Program-made: the position numbers and the translations under genes | The notes under the pieces: generated by a model | Databases searched by the model: none | What the model saw: the letters and a program-made list of their open reading frames with translations, nothing else | What the model was told of the DNA's origin: nothing | Assembly: GCA_051003195.1 (NCBI GenBank) | Contig: JBPCLP010000009.1 | Location: 1-64,000 of the forward strand | Direction of reading: 5' to 3' | Origin: Candidatus Sumerlaeaceae bacterium | GTDB taxonomy: Bacteria > Sumerlaeota > Sumerlaeia > Sumerlaeales > Sumerlaeaceae | Length of the DNA stretch: 64,000 nucleotides | In this document: one piece after another, positions 9,831 through 20,128 of the stretch | Layout: the number at the start of each line of letters is the position of its first letter | Numbering within the stretch: position 1 is the stretch's first letter

Positions 9831-10724
9831 ATGACGTATAGATGTAATATTAAAGCCGCGCTCGTGGCGCTGGCGCTCAGTGTTGTGCACTTATCTGCTT
9901 TTGCGTGGGGCGCGGCGGGGCACATGGTGGTTGCACACGTCGCGGATGACAATCTGACGTCGGCAGCGAGAACCCAGGTGCAGGAACTGCTGTCGACCCA
10001 AACGATGGCAGACGTTTCCTCGTGGGCGGATGACGAGCGTTCCCGGCATCGTGAACAAGCGGGCTGGCATTACATCGACTGGGAACTTAAGGATGGTTCG
10101 CTGCTGGCCGGTTCCGATTCCAACGGGACGATCCTGGATGCGCTGACGAGCCAGGGCAAAATCCTCGCGGACCCGGCGCAGGACAAACACGCACGTAAAA
10201 AAGCGCTGATGTACGTCATCCATTTTGTGGGTGACATGCACCAGCCGCTGCACTGCGCAGACAACTACGACAAGGGCGGCAACAACGTGAAGGTAAACAT
10301 CTTCGGGCGGGACGAGAACCTGCACCGCACGTGGGATGGAACCATGCTCAACGAGGTGATTCGCGAAGAGTTCGCCACGACGGGTACCAGCATTCGTGAA
10401 TTCGCAACGATTATTGGAAAGCGGTTTGCGGACGAGGCAACGACGGCGGTTCGAGGGACGGTTAACAAGTGGGCTTTGGATTCACACAAAACGGCGAAAA
10501 ACGTTTGCTACAGCTTTTTGAAAAACGATCCGCTAACGAGCCTGACTGTTACGCTGGGTCCGGACTATTATGCCGCTGCAAAGCCCGTGATTCAGCGGCA
10601 ACTGGCAATCGGCGGGCGACGACTGGCGCAAATGTTGAACGAATGCCTCGATGCCTCGGTCGCAAAAGAAGCTACGGTCGAGGTGCCAAACCAGAATCAG
10701 CTTGCGACTGCGTTGGCGCCGTAA
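9831..10724 (+). CDS. S1/P1 nuclease, secreted
   Basis: AWGAAGH after signal peptide; WADD, WHYID, HFVGDMHQPLH and NLHRTWD motifs; GGAGGA RBS. Confidence 0.93.
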   Translation: MTYRCNIKAALVALALSVVHLSAFAWGAAGHMVVAHVADDNLTSAARTQVQELLSTQTMADVSSWADDERSRHREQAGWHYIDWELKDGSLLAGSDSNGTILDALTSQGKILADPAQDKHARKKALMYVIHFVGDMHQPLHCADNYDKGGNNVKVNIFGRDENLHRTWDGTMLNEVIREEFATTGTSIREFATIIGKRFADEATTAVRGTVNKWALDSHKTAKNVCYSFLKNDPLTSLTVTLGPDYYAAAKPVIQRQLAIGGRRLAQMLNECLDASVAKEATVEVPNQNQLATALAP

Positions 10725-10744
10725 AGTTAGAGTGCAACCGGGGG

Positions 10745-10925
10745 CTGGTGTCGTGTCCCGTTCGTTACATATTTCGGTTTCCGGCGCCCCTTCAGGGCGC
10801 GATGTAATTGGATCGATATCCCCAGGGCTGCGTCGGCCACAAAAAAGCCGTGGCCTCCTTACCCTGGGCTTTGTCCCGCTGCACCTTCGGTGCAAAAAAC
10901 CTGAACTTCAGTGACGGCACACTGG
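10745..10925. mobile_element. MITE-like element with imperfect terminal inverted ends enclosing REP-like palindromes
   Basis: Left end CTGGTGTCGTGTCCCGTTCGTTAC; right end reverse complement CCAGTGTGCCGTCACTGAAGTTCA. Internal CGCCCCTTCAGGGCG, CCCAGGG/CCCTGGG and TGCACCTTCGGTGCA hairpins. Lies between convergent genes. Confidence 0.55.
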
Positions 10926-10929
10926 GTTG

Positions 10930-13900
10930 TCACTGGACCGGTAGTGCACCGCTGAACAGCGGTAGAGCGATCGGCGCGATCTGGGGGTGGTCGGCGTTTC
11001 CGCTGACCTGGAATGCCAGTAGAAGATTGCCTGCCAGTTGATCTCCGAATTGTGCGAGCGGGCCCAGCAACGGAATCTTGCCGAACACGCTCTCCAGGAC
11101 GTTTAGTTTTAAAAGGCCCCTGATGGTTTTTTCGGGAATTCCCTGCTGGCGGTTGCCGGCAAAAAAGTAATCGCCGCGCAGATCCATGCTCAGGCCGTTG
11201 GTCTGCAATTGGAGATCGCGCGACGAAAGTGCGCCGTTTCCAATCTGGAACTGAGCAGCGCTTGCAGTCTGGAACGATCTGCCTCCAAAACTGCGGCCGG
11301 TCTGCTGGCCGATCTGCTGGAAGACAGGCGTGGCCCCGATGGAGAGGTCGCGCAGCGTAGCCGACCCTCCGCCGCTGATGCGCTCGGCATCGGCACCGAC
11401 GCCGGACAGCTCGATGCTGCCGCTCTGCACAATGCCGGCGAGGGTGGTGCGCTCCTTAAATATAGCGGTCAGCATGGATTCGAGGGGCATACGATCGATC
11501 TGCACTTCTGTTTTCCAACGCGGGAATTCACGTGGTTTCCAAACGAAGCTCTCGATGGTGCCGCCGCCGGTTAAGCTGCCGAGCCCGGGCTGGCTGCCGC
11601 TGATCTCAACGTTACTGAAGGTTGTGCGGCGGGGCGAGTCGTTCTGAACGATTTGAAAGTTGATTGAGGCCCGCGAGTTCCCGGCGCGCTGCTCCTTATA
11701 AAGGATCGAGGGAGCGCGGATTTCAGCATCCAATTCAAACGCCTTGCCGGTTTGCGGCGGTTCGGGAGGTTTGGGCAGTTCCATTCCCCAGCCTGTTATC
11801 CAAGAATCGAGACGCAGCGTACTGCCACTGGAGATGGCGACTGCCATCTTCATCTTAGGCAGGTCTTTTTCACGAAGTTGCAGCGTGCCACTGAGGCGGC
11901 AGTTCTTAGTGTCGGCGAAATCGCATTCCACGACGTCATCTACAGCAATTCGGAAAACATCGTTCTCGATTCGCGCGATACCGCGCATGTTGCGCACTTC
12001 ACCACGCGGGACATGCCTGCCGCCTTCAGTACGTTCGGGAGGCATGGCACGGTGACGCATATTCGAACCCTGGAACTCGACCTGTCCGGTTAGCCTGTAC
12101 TGCCGGGCAGCGACGGCGTCTTCGAGACGAGGCGAAAGCTGGGCGAAAAGGGATGCCAGTCGGTTGCCAGAGGTATCAGCGCCGGTGTCGGTTAATGGCA
12201 GCGGCGAAGGCTCGGCTGGCACCGTCGCATCGGGATCGCCAATTCCAAAGCGCACATCGTATTTTGCAGGGCCGGACATCTCCAGCCACTTTTCGAGCTG
12301 CGGAAAGGTTTTGATAATTCCTGCGAGGTCGGCGGTTCCGTCGAGATCAATTGAAACGGCGTCGGGCGAAAGTAGCCCGGTAGCACGGATTGGCTCGCCG
12401 TTCAATTTTCCCTGGAGGTCCTGCATCCGGAGCGCGTGGCCGTCCCACAGCACATCACCATTGAGATTGGTGAAGCCGCCGGCCATGAATTCCACACCCG
12501 GCTGAAAAGCGATATTACGCAATTGCACGCTGCCGGCGAAAGTTGCGTCAGCCAACTGTCTTAAACTGCCGTTGAGGTTGAGCCTGCTGGTCGCTTCGCC
12601 GCTGATTCGATGCTTTAGTATGATCTTTTTCTGTTCGGCCGGGAGGTAACTGACGAACTGAGCGAGGTCGAATTTTGTAACTACCGATGCACTCAGCTCG
12701 GGATCATTCCAGAAAACGCTGCGGCCCTTGATCAGCCCTGAAATGGCAACATCAGTATCGCGAAGACTGCCCGAAAGGGTGTCGATGAGCAAGCGGTCAC
12801 CGTCGATGTGCATTGAACCGTTCAGGTTTTCGAGCGGAGCCGGCAGCGACTGGTGAGAAAGCCCGGCGCCACGAACGATAACGGTTCCCTCGACCTGCGG
12901 TGGCAGAGTTCGCGCTGCATCCGACAGCGAAACGAACTGCTGGTAGATGCCCTTACCGGCAATGGTTCCGCGCGATTTGGGTTTTCGAGTTTTCACAGGA
13001 GTCTTGCCGGGTATTGCAGTTCCTTTTTCCGCTTCGAGCAGGTCCATCAGATCGTCCGCAGTAGAGGAGGTGTTCCAGGCCAGGTTCACCTGTCCTTCGC
13101 GCCGGCGCAGAAAATCGCCGCGAATGTCGCCGGCCAAGGTAACGCTCGTTTCGCCATGCCGGCCTGCCAGGTAGTGAACGGACAGCGTTTGGGTGGAGAG
13201 ATCAATCAGGCCGGACATGTCGCGGACAGGTTGCCGGAGGTGCGGCGTCGTGACGGCAACGCCAAGAAACCGCAGCTGCCCGCTTAGTTTTGTGAGCTGC
13301 ACTTTATTGCCAGTGACATTGGTGTTAAACTCCACACCCGTGGCAGGTGCGGTGACGTTCCAGCCACGTGGCAGAAAGCGCGTCAGAAGTTTGCGATAGC
13401 CGCCGTCCAGCCGAATGGCGGCGATGTTAATGTTGTAGGGGTGATCTGCGCCTGTGGAAATGGAGCCGGAGCTTTCCGCATCCACAAGGCTACTGCTGAT
13501 CTTCGCCTCATCCACCTGCAACTCACCGGAGCGCACGTCGTAATGAGAACGGAGGTTTCCCCGGACGTGCTCATCATGGATGTCGATGGCGTGTTCGCCG
13601 CTGGTGACATCCAGCCCACCCGCGTCAAAGGCAAGTTGAACGCTCGTAGAGTCAGGCTGGCGTTGCGCTTTCAATTCAAAATCCACGTTTGTACCGGAGG
13701 CGGCTGTCGCGGGCAGATTCGAAAAGAGTCCAGCAAGTGAAGCGCTCTGAATAGAGCCACTCAGTTCCAGTTTGTCGTGATCCTTTGCCCGCGCAAACGC
13801 GGCGGTTGCTTTAATATCCGATGCAATGGGGCGGCCGGTAATTGCATCCGGAGTGTCGGGAGGAGCAAACCCGGTTCCACTGAATTTCGCGATGACGTGG

Positions 13901-14538
13901 CCATCCGGCGTGGAACGCGCGGTGACATCTCCCACGAGCACGGCCGACGGGCGTATCTCGAGTATCTGCGACTCCGGGCTGGTGGTGACTTCCTCGAACT
14001 GGATCTTGGCGTCGCGAATGCGGAAGCTCTCGAGTGGCAGATCGATCCTCCGTGCGGAACCCTGGTTCGAATCCGCGGTCCGGCGCGTAGTCCTTGCGAG
14101 GAACGCGAGCTTGGGCCCGAGGTGCAGACCACTGCGGTCGTATCGAAGATCAAGCAGGCTGGGCTGCGTGATTTCGATTTCTCGAATAGGGGACTCTGCG
14201 CCCATCAGCATGGCGAGCGGGCGAACGCGCACGGCGAGATTGGCAATGCTTAGTAACTCACGCCCCGGCTGTTTTGGGTCTGAGAATCTGAGGTTGCGGA
14301 ATTGATAGAGACGGCGGGGCAAATCCAGCGAAGCGGAATCGTAAATAACGTCGACGCCTGCGGCCTTGCGGAGCCTGGTGACAATACGCTGATGCACCCA
14401 GTCCGCACGAATGGGATAATTCCACAGGTAGGCCAGGGCGGCGGCTACCAGTACGCTCATGATAGCGAAGCTCCATAGCACGATCCGACGGCGGCGCGGG
14501 CGTTGCCGCGGCAGTGATCCGTTTTTACGGCCCAGCAT
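10930..14538 (-). CDS. AsmA-like (YhdP/TamB-type) membrane-anchored beta-rich protein
   Basis: N-terminal TM helix, long repetitive beta-strand body, C-terminal KIPLLG...FQVSGNADHP typical of AsmA-like C-termini. Confidence 0.8.
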   Translation of the reverse strand: MLGRKNGSLPRQRPRRRRIVLWSFAIMSVLVAAALAYLWNYPIRADWVHQRIVTRLRKAAGVDVIYDSASLDLPRRLYQFRNLRFSDPKQPGRELLSIANLAVRVRPLAMLMGAESPIREIEITQPSLLDLRYDRSGLHLGPKLAFLARTTRRTADSNQGSARRIDLPLESFRIRDAKIQFEEVTTSPESQILEIRPSAVLVGDVTARSTPDGHVIAKFSGTGFAPPDTPDAITGRPIASDIKATAAFARAKDHDKLELSGSIQSASLAGLFSNLPATAASGTNVDFELKAQRQPDSTSVQLAFDAGGLDVTSGEHAIDIHDEHVRGNLRSHYDVRSGELQVDEAKISSSLVDAESSGSISTGADHPYNINIAAIRLDGGYRKLLTRFLPRGWNVTAPATGVEFNTNVTGNKVQLTKLSGQLRFLGVAVTTPHLRQPVRDMSGLIDLSTQTLSVHYLAGRHGETSVTLAGDIRGDFLRRREGQVNLAWNTSSTADDLMDLLEAEKGTAIPGKTPVKTRKPKSRGTIAGKGIYQQFVSLSDAARTLPPQVEGTVIVRGAGLSHQSLPAPLENLNGSMHIDGDRLLIDTLSGSLRDTDVAISGLIKGRSVFWNDPELSASVVTKFDLAQFVSYLPAEQKKIILKHRISGEATSRLNLNGSLRQLADATFAGSVQLRNIAFQPGVEFMAGGFTNLNGDVLWDGHALRMQDLQGKLNGEPIRATGLLSPDAVSIDLDGTADLAGIIKTFPQLEKWLEMSGPAKYDVRFGIGDPDATVPAEPSPLPLTDTGADTSGNRLASLFAQLSPRLEDAVAARQYRLTGQVEFQGSNMRHRAMPPERTEGGRHVPRGEVRNMRGIARIENDVFRIAVDDVVECDFADTKNCRLSGTLQLREKDLPKMKMAVAISSGSTLRLDSWITGWGMELPKPPEPPQTGKAFELDAEIRAPSILYKEQRAGNSRASINFQIVQNDSPRRTTFSNVEISGSQPGLGSLTGGGTIESFVWKPREFPRWKTEVQIDRMPLESMLTAIFKERTTLAGIVQSGSIELSGVGADAERISGGGSATLRDLSIGATPVFQQIGQQTGRSFGGRSFQTASAAQFQIGNGALSSRDLQLQTNGLSMDLRGDYFFAGNRQQGIPEKTIRGLLKLNVLESVFGKIPLLGPLAQFGDQLAGNLLLAFQVSGNADHPQIAPIALPLFSGALPVQ

Positions 14539-14767
14539 CAGCCTTGGTTACAACTTTCGTTCAATCTGGCGCGGTATTGCCGCGAGGTGATGGTGCGGCT
14601 GCAAGCAAATCCCGTGTTGCCTGAAACGCACGGCTTAATTGCCTTGCACGTAGCGTCCCGCTGATTAGAATGTTTCGGTCGTATGTCAACGTGGGGCGTG
14701 CAGGTTTCGTCTCAATAAACAAAGCTTCGCGCCGATTAGCGGCGACTTGGTAAAAGGAGATCGGATT

Positions 14768-17380
14768 TTGAATCTCAGGGCTGGCAGTACATCCACACTT
14801 ACACCTCGAATGATTCGCAGCGCTGCCGCACTTTTAACAGGGGCGGTGGCTTCACTGAGTTTGGCGGGACCCGGCACTCTTGTCAGGGCCTATAACGATC
14901 CAAATAACCAGGTTGGTGACAGTTTCGGCTATGCGGTTGCAGGCAGCGGCAGTCAGTTGCTGGTGGGCGCGCCAGGCGCGGGAACCGGCGGCGCGGTGTA
15001 CGTTTTTTCGCAAACCAGCAGCACCCCGCAATCGACACTGCTCGTGCCTTCGGGCATGACAGCGCAGGCATTTGGCAGCGCGATCGCAACGACTTCCAGT
15101 GCAGTTATTGTAGGTGATCCCGACGCACTGGGCCCGGCCGCTGAGACGTCTTTCAATGGTGCAGTGGTTGTTTATCAGTCCCTCACGGACGTGAGTCCGC
15201 TGACCGTCGCGAATCCACTGGGGCAGACTGCATCCGATTTCGGCGCTGCCGTTTCGATCAGCAGCAGTGGTTTTGCGGTGGGCGCGCCTTCGCTGACGAC
15301 GGGCTCTATTGCCCAGACGGGCCGAGCCTATATCTACGCAACCGGCAGCGCCAGCCCGGCATTCACCCTCGAAAATCCAGCACCAGGTTCAGCGACAGGT
15401 TTTGGCACCGCCGTAGCATATTCAGAAGACGGACTGGTTGCGGTCGGCGCGCCTGGATCAGCCACGGCCGCCAGCGGCGGGAGTGTGAGTATCTACTCAG
15501 CCTCCACCGGAGCAATGGTCGGAACAATTCCCAACCCAGGGGGTGCGGGTGATCAGTTTGGGTTCGCGCTCGCGAATCTCGGCTCCAGTTTGATAATCGG
15601 CGCCCCGTCGGCCGTGACGGCTGGCGGTGCCGGCAAGGTGTATGTATTCGATCGGGCCACGCGCACGCTCCAGCGCACGTTAATCGACCCGACGCCCACG
15701 GCAGGCGAACAGTTTGGTTTCTCGGTGGATGCGATTGATCATTACATCTACGTCGGTGCGCCGCATGATAGTGGTGCTGTGTCCGGAATGGGTAATGTCT
15801 ATGTATTCGATGCGAACGATAGCTCAAATGCGCTGACCGTCCCGAATCCGCAACCGAACTCTACAGACAGCTTTGGCTTCGCGATTGCGGCTGTCGGGCT
15901 GAACGTCCTGGTGGGGGATCCGACCAGCACACCGAGCGGAGGCGCCACAAACGCGGGCCAGGCATTCCTGATGGGTGGGCCCGATTCAGCGGTTGCGCCC
16001 CCGGCAGCACCTTCCAATCTTTTTGCGGTTACAATCAGTTCCACGCAAATCCGCATCAACTTCACGGACAACAGCTCGAACGAACAAGGCTTTATCGTTG
16101 AGCGGCGTCTTCAGTCCGGTGGTAGTTTCTCGGTCATTACGACACTCGGGGAGAATGTCGTCGAGTACCTCGATGGCGGGCTCGCACCAAGTACTGGCTA
16201 CTGCTATCGCGTAAAAGCTTTCAACGGCGACGGCGAAAGCGCGTATACGGAAGAGGCCTGCACCAGCACCTTCGCGGGCATCGTCCCGGAATTTGTAGGA
16301 AAGCTGCCGAACCCCGGGCTTCCAGGCGATTTGTTCGGGTTCTCGCTGGCATCCATGGGGAAAACAACACTTGCGCCATCGTGCGTTGCGATTGGCGCTC
16401 CGGGCAACGACAACGGCGGCACTTCCGCAGGTATCGTATATGTCTTCGACAGGAGTTCGCAACTTCCGCTGGTAACACTTCCGAATCCCAACCCTGCCGG
16501 TGGTGATGAGTTCGGTTTCGCGGTTGCTGCCGCCGGCAAGTACGTGTTTGTTGGCGCTCCCTACGACGATACGGACGGGAACAACGCCGGAATCGCGTAC
16601 ATGTTCGATGGTGAAACTGGCATCCTGTTGCGTACCTACCACAGCCCAAGCCCGCATGCCGGTGACTACTTTGGTAAATCCATTGCTGCTCGCGGAAAGA
16701 AGCAACTCGTGGTCGGTGCACCTGGGCGATCCGTTGAAGCGTCGGGCTCGGGTGCAGCATTCGTGTTGGATGCGCTTAGCGGAATCGCGGTTAGCACCAT
16801 ACTGAATCCCACACCCAACAGCGGGGACCAATTCGGCGCGGCAGTCGCAGGGCTCAAAGGCACGATCGGCGTGGTGGCACCGGCGTCGGACGGCAGCTCG
16901 GCAAACAGCGGCGAACTGTTCGCGTTTAATTCAAAGGGAGTGGCAAAGGCGGTGTTTGGTAACGCCAGTGCTGTCGGCTCAGCAATCGGTAAAGGCATTG
17001 GCGGAGCGGCTCAGCAGGGCAGCGGCGGAGCAGGCTTCGCCTTCCTGTTCGGCGGAAAGAAGATTAAAGTGACGTATCCAAATCCATCTCCAGACCCGGG
17101 TGACGCGTTCGGGTTTTCAGTGGCAGGGGGAAAGAAGATCCTGGCAGTAGGTGCGCCGCTGGATGACAGCACCGGACCGGACGCGGGTGAGGCTTACCTG
17201 TTCACGCAGAAGCTGCCGTTTGTGTTGCGGGCCTTCATCAACCCCGCTCCGTCGCAGGGCGATCAGTTCGGTTTTGCGTTGGCTCTATCGGCACCTTTGT
17301 GCTACGTATCTGCGCCGTATGACGACACGGATGGAAACGACGCGGGAACCGTTTATATTTATAACGCTCCGCTGAAATAA
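14768..17380 (+). CDS. FG-GAP repeat (integrin-like beta-propeller) surface protein with central fibronectin type III domain
   Basis: Many NP...GD.FG..VA...VGAP...G.VY.F repeats; FN3 segment PAAPSNL...FTDNSSNEQGF...YCYRVKAFN. AAGGAG before TTG 14768. Confidence 0.88.
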   Translation: MNLRAGSTSTLTPRMIRSAAALLTGAVASLSLAGPGTLVRAYNDPNNQVGDSFGYAVAGSGSQLLVGAPGAGTGGAVYVFSQTSSTPQSTLLVPSGMTAQAFGSAIATTSSAVIVGDPDALGPAAETSFNGAVVVYQSLTDVSPLTVANPLGQTASDFGAAVSISSSGFAVGAPSLTTGSIAQTGRAYIYATGSASPAFTLENPAPGSATGFGTAVAYSEDGLVAVGAPGSATAASGGSVSIYSASTGAMVGTIPNPGGAGDQFGFALANLGSSLIIGAPSAVTAGGAGKVYVFDRATRTLQRTLIDPTPTAGEQFGFSVDAIDHYIYVGAPHDSGAVSGMGNVYVFDANDSSNALTVPNPQPNSTDSFGFAIAAVGLNVLVGDPTSTPSGGATNAGQAFLMGGPDSAVAPPAAPSNLFAVTISSTQIRINFTDNSSNEQGFIVERRLQSGGSFSVITTLGENVVEYLDGGLAPSTGYCYRVKAFNGDGESAYTEEACTSTFAGIVPEFVGKLPNPGLPGDLFGFSLASMGKTTLAPSCVAIGAPGNDNGGTSAGIVYVFDRSSQLPLVTLPNPNPAGGDEFGFAVAAAGKYVFVGAPYDDTDGNNAGIAYMFDGETGILLRTYHSPSPHAGDYFGKSIAARGKKQLVVGAPGRSVEASGSGAAFVLDALSGIAVSTILNPTPNSGDQFGAAVAGLKGTIGVVAPASDGSSANSGELFAFNSKGVAKAVFGNASAVGSAIGKGIGGAAQQGSGGAGFAFLFGGKKIKVTYPNPSPDPGDAFGFSVAGGKKILAVGAPLDDSTGPDAGEAYLFTQKLPFVLRAFINPAPSQGDQFGFALALSAPLCYVSAPYDDTDGNDAGTVYIYNAPLK

Positions 17381-17524
17381 GGCAGGATTTGTCAGGCTGA
17401 ATACCTTGAAAAGTGCCGACTTTAAAGCAGTTTCTGCTTGCGCCTGACAGAACAACCGACCAGACTTCGGGGCTAGCTGGTGCCGCTGGGTACCCCATTC
17501 GTGATATGGGATCGGTGCAGAACG

Positions 17525-20128
17525 ATGGCTCAAATTCGTGTTTCATTCAGCACGGCCCTCTTTGGGCTTTCATTTGTCATTTGCCTCCTTGTCGCGCTGC
17601 TGTTTGTAGACCGCAGCAGGCAGGAAGCGGACGAGACGGCTGCGCATGAGGCGAAAGCCGTAGCTCCTGCTTCAACTCTCACGAACGAGAAAGAGCTGAT
17701 CGAGCGCTCAGCGGCTTCCAGTGCGCCGTTGGAGCAGCCAGGGCTTGGTAGCGCCACAAATTCGGGTGAAGGCCCGAGGCTTGTGTTGAGTACGAACGCG
17801 GTGCCCGCGCCCGGAGTTGCTTCATCGACAACAGCAGCGGAACTGCCCATAGACCCACGTATGTCTGCACCGAGGGGAACACCGGCGTTGACCGCTGCGC
17901 AACGCGCCACACTTTCGCCGGAAGCTTTGGCCAAACAGCTCCAGGGACGCACCATGGTACCTGCTGCTATCGCGCAGTCGGCGCCACCCATGGCTGTACC
18001 TGATGGTGTGGCCTATAGTGCGCCGGTTGCGACACCGCGCCCGACGGCGCGGCCATCGACGGCTCGCGCGGCACTTCCGATTGTTACTAACACAAGCGGC
18101 GTTACGGATGCCATGAAACAACTGGGGCCGGGAAGTGCCTTTGGAACGCAGTCCGGCCTGACGGTGAATGCAAAAGATCCTTTGATGCCGTTCAGCCAAC
18201 CCGGTGTTGTGTCGACCGATCGTCTGCGCAGCGCGCTGGCCGGGAATGCCGGCCTGGACCCCAGCACATTGCTTCCGGTGGAAAGCCCGGACTCGGCGTC
18301 TGCACCTGCCGCGATATCCAACGCAGGGAGCGGCTGGCAGGCGACGCAGCAAACTGCGCCTGTGGCCCAGGCCGCAACGCCAACGCCTAACACCAGTATC
18401 GTGGTTCGCGGTGCTGACCGGCGCGGCGCAAACGCAGCCGAAAGTGCTGCGGGGGGCGCTGGAGCTTCCCTTATCAGCAATGCGTTGCCGCCTGCACCCA
18501 CAGGTGTGGATCCGGTGTCGGGGGTTGTTACGAACCAGCCGGCAGTGGCTTCGCCCACTCCAAATTACGCGAACGGCTTCGGTACGAATCCGGTTGCCGC
18601 TACAGGCACTGATAAGTGGAATCTGCCGCCGGCGCCCTCGCTACCCGCCGCGGCGATCCGACCCGAAGAGTCGAAACGAGCGATTGCCGATCCTTCAAAG
18701 ACGACCCTGCTTCCCATTGACGGGCCAATCAGCAACCCTTCAGCCGCCGACGGAGCAAACAGCGCAACCAGCATGAATGTCCCGAGCGCGGGGCTTACAG
18801 ATTTGCCAATGGATGTTGCCGCAAAGGCGGGTCTCCTGGACTCGGTTCCTGCTGCGAAAGTAAACGACCGTTCGTTGAGCGGGGCTGACGCGGCACGGCG
18901 GGCCGAGGCGCTGGCAGCCATGGATGGACGGACTCTCGATGCGGACGCAAAGCGCATGATGACGCGTACCGCCGCAGAAATCTGGACTGACATGGTGTCG
19001 CTTGCGGAAGAGGCGAAGAGGCAGGGACTATCCGTGAGCGAGGATGAAATCGCGCCGCTGCTCGCAAAGAACAAAAGCCTACAGGTGCAGGAGTGGCAAA
19101 GCGCCTTAAAGAAAGCCGGCTGTACAGAGGCGGAAGTTGCGGCTGACTTACGAGATCTCGCAATGGGCGAGAAGCTCGTGCAGACCATCCTGACGAAAAA
19201 CTACCCCGAAGCAAAGCTCCGCGAACTTTACGAGAAAGATCCGCAGCAGTTTAAGCCTGCGCGCAAGCTGCACGTCCAGGAGATATTTAAGAGCAGGCCG
19301 AAAGATCCTGCGGCCGCAACGGCTGTGGAACGCGAACTTGAGAAGCTGCAAAGGCAGGCTGCGTCGGGGATGGATTTTGGGTTGCTTGCCATGCAATCGA
19401 GCGAAGCACCGAGCAAGGCAAAGGGCGGTGACCTTGGCTGGCTTGATGATAAGAGTAACATTCCCGAGCAGATGGCACAGGCGCTCCTTACGCTGAAAAG
19501 CGGGCAGGCCAGCAGTGTGATCCCTGACGCCCGCGGCTACCATATCTATAAACTGGTTGAGGTGCAGGAGCCCAAGGCGGGCTTTGAAGGGGCACGCGAG
19601 AGAGTGGAGCAGGGCTTGCACAACCTGCTGTACCGCAGCGCGGTGGCAAGTGCTGAGGCTCATAACAAGATTGAGCTGTCGCACCAGAAGAAGGGCCGCC
19701 GTGCAGTGGCTTCGCGCGGAACGGGAAAATCCGACGAAGCGCTTGCGGAGGTCTTCGGCGGCAGCAGAACGGAAGCTGCGAGGCAGTCCAAATCGGAGAA
19801 CGGCGATCGCGTCGTAGAGTCAGATAACGGCCGTGTTCGCGTACGTGGTAAAAAGTCGAAGAGCGTCGATGTGTTGACGGCGAGCAGCAGGGGAAAGAGC
19901 GCTGACGCTGAGGTGCCCAACGCGGCAGAACCAGCTCCGGCAATGACACACGTAAACCTGGGCGGAACACCTGCAGGATTTGGCGGGCCCGATGCAAACG
20001 CCACTATTCCGTCCACACCGCATCCTGCAACGGCTTCAGCCGGAAGCGAAAAGCCACGCGGGCCTTTCAGCACCCTGTTCAGTAAATTCCATCTTCGGGG
20101 ATCGAGTGCCCAGCAACAGCAGCAGTGA
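17525..20128 (+). CDS. parvulin/PpiC-type peptidyl-prolyl isomerase (SurA/PrsA-like) with long Pro/Ala-rich N-terminal region
   Basis: DFGLLAMQSSEAPSKAKGGDLGW and GYHIYK motifs; N-terminal TM anchor. Confidence 0.85.
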   Translation: MAQIRVSFSTALFGLSFVICLLVALLFVDRSRQEADETAAHEAKAVAPASTLTNEKELIERSAASSAPLEQPGLGSATNSGEGPRLVLSTNAVPAPGVASSTTAAELPIDPRMSAPRGTPALTAAQRATLSPEALAKQLQGRTMVPAAIAQSAPPMAVPDGVAYSAPVATPRPTARPSTARAALPIVTNTSGVTDAMKQLGPGSAFGTQSGLTVNAKDPLMPFSQPGVVSTDRLRSALAGNAGLDPSTLLPVESPDSASAPAAISNAGSGWQATQQTAPVAQAATPTPNTSIVVRGADRRGANAAESAAGGAGASLISNALPPAPTGVDPVSGVVTNQPAVASPTPNYANGFGTNPVAATGTDKWNLPPAPSLPAAAIRPEESKRAIADPSKTTLLPIDGPISNPSAADGANSATSMNVPSAGLTDLPMDVAAKAGLLDSVPAAKVNDRSLSGADAARRAEALAAMDGRTLDADAKRMMTRTAAEIWTDMVSLAEEAKRQGLSVSEDEIAPLLAKNKSLQVQEWQSALKKAGCTEAEVAADLRDLAMGEKLVQTILTKNYPEAKLRELYEKDPQQFKPARKLHVQEIFKSRPKDPAAATAVERELEKLQRQAASGMDFGLLAMQSSEAPSKAKGGDLGWLDDKSNIPEQMAQALLTLKSGQASSVIPDARGYHIYKLVEVQEPKAGFEGARERVEQGLHNLLYRSAVASAEAHNKIELSHQKKGRRAVASRGTGKSDEALAEVFGGSRTEAARQSKSENGDRVVESDNGRVRVRGKKSKSVDVLTASSRGKSADAEVPNAAEPAPAMTHVNLGGTPAGFGGPDANATIPSTPHPATASAGSEKPRGPFSTLFSKFHLRGSSAQQQQQ

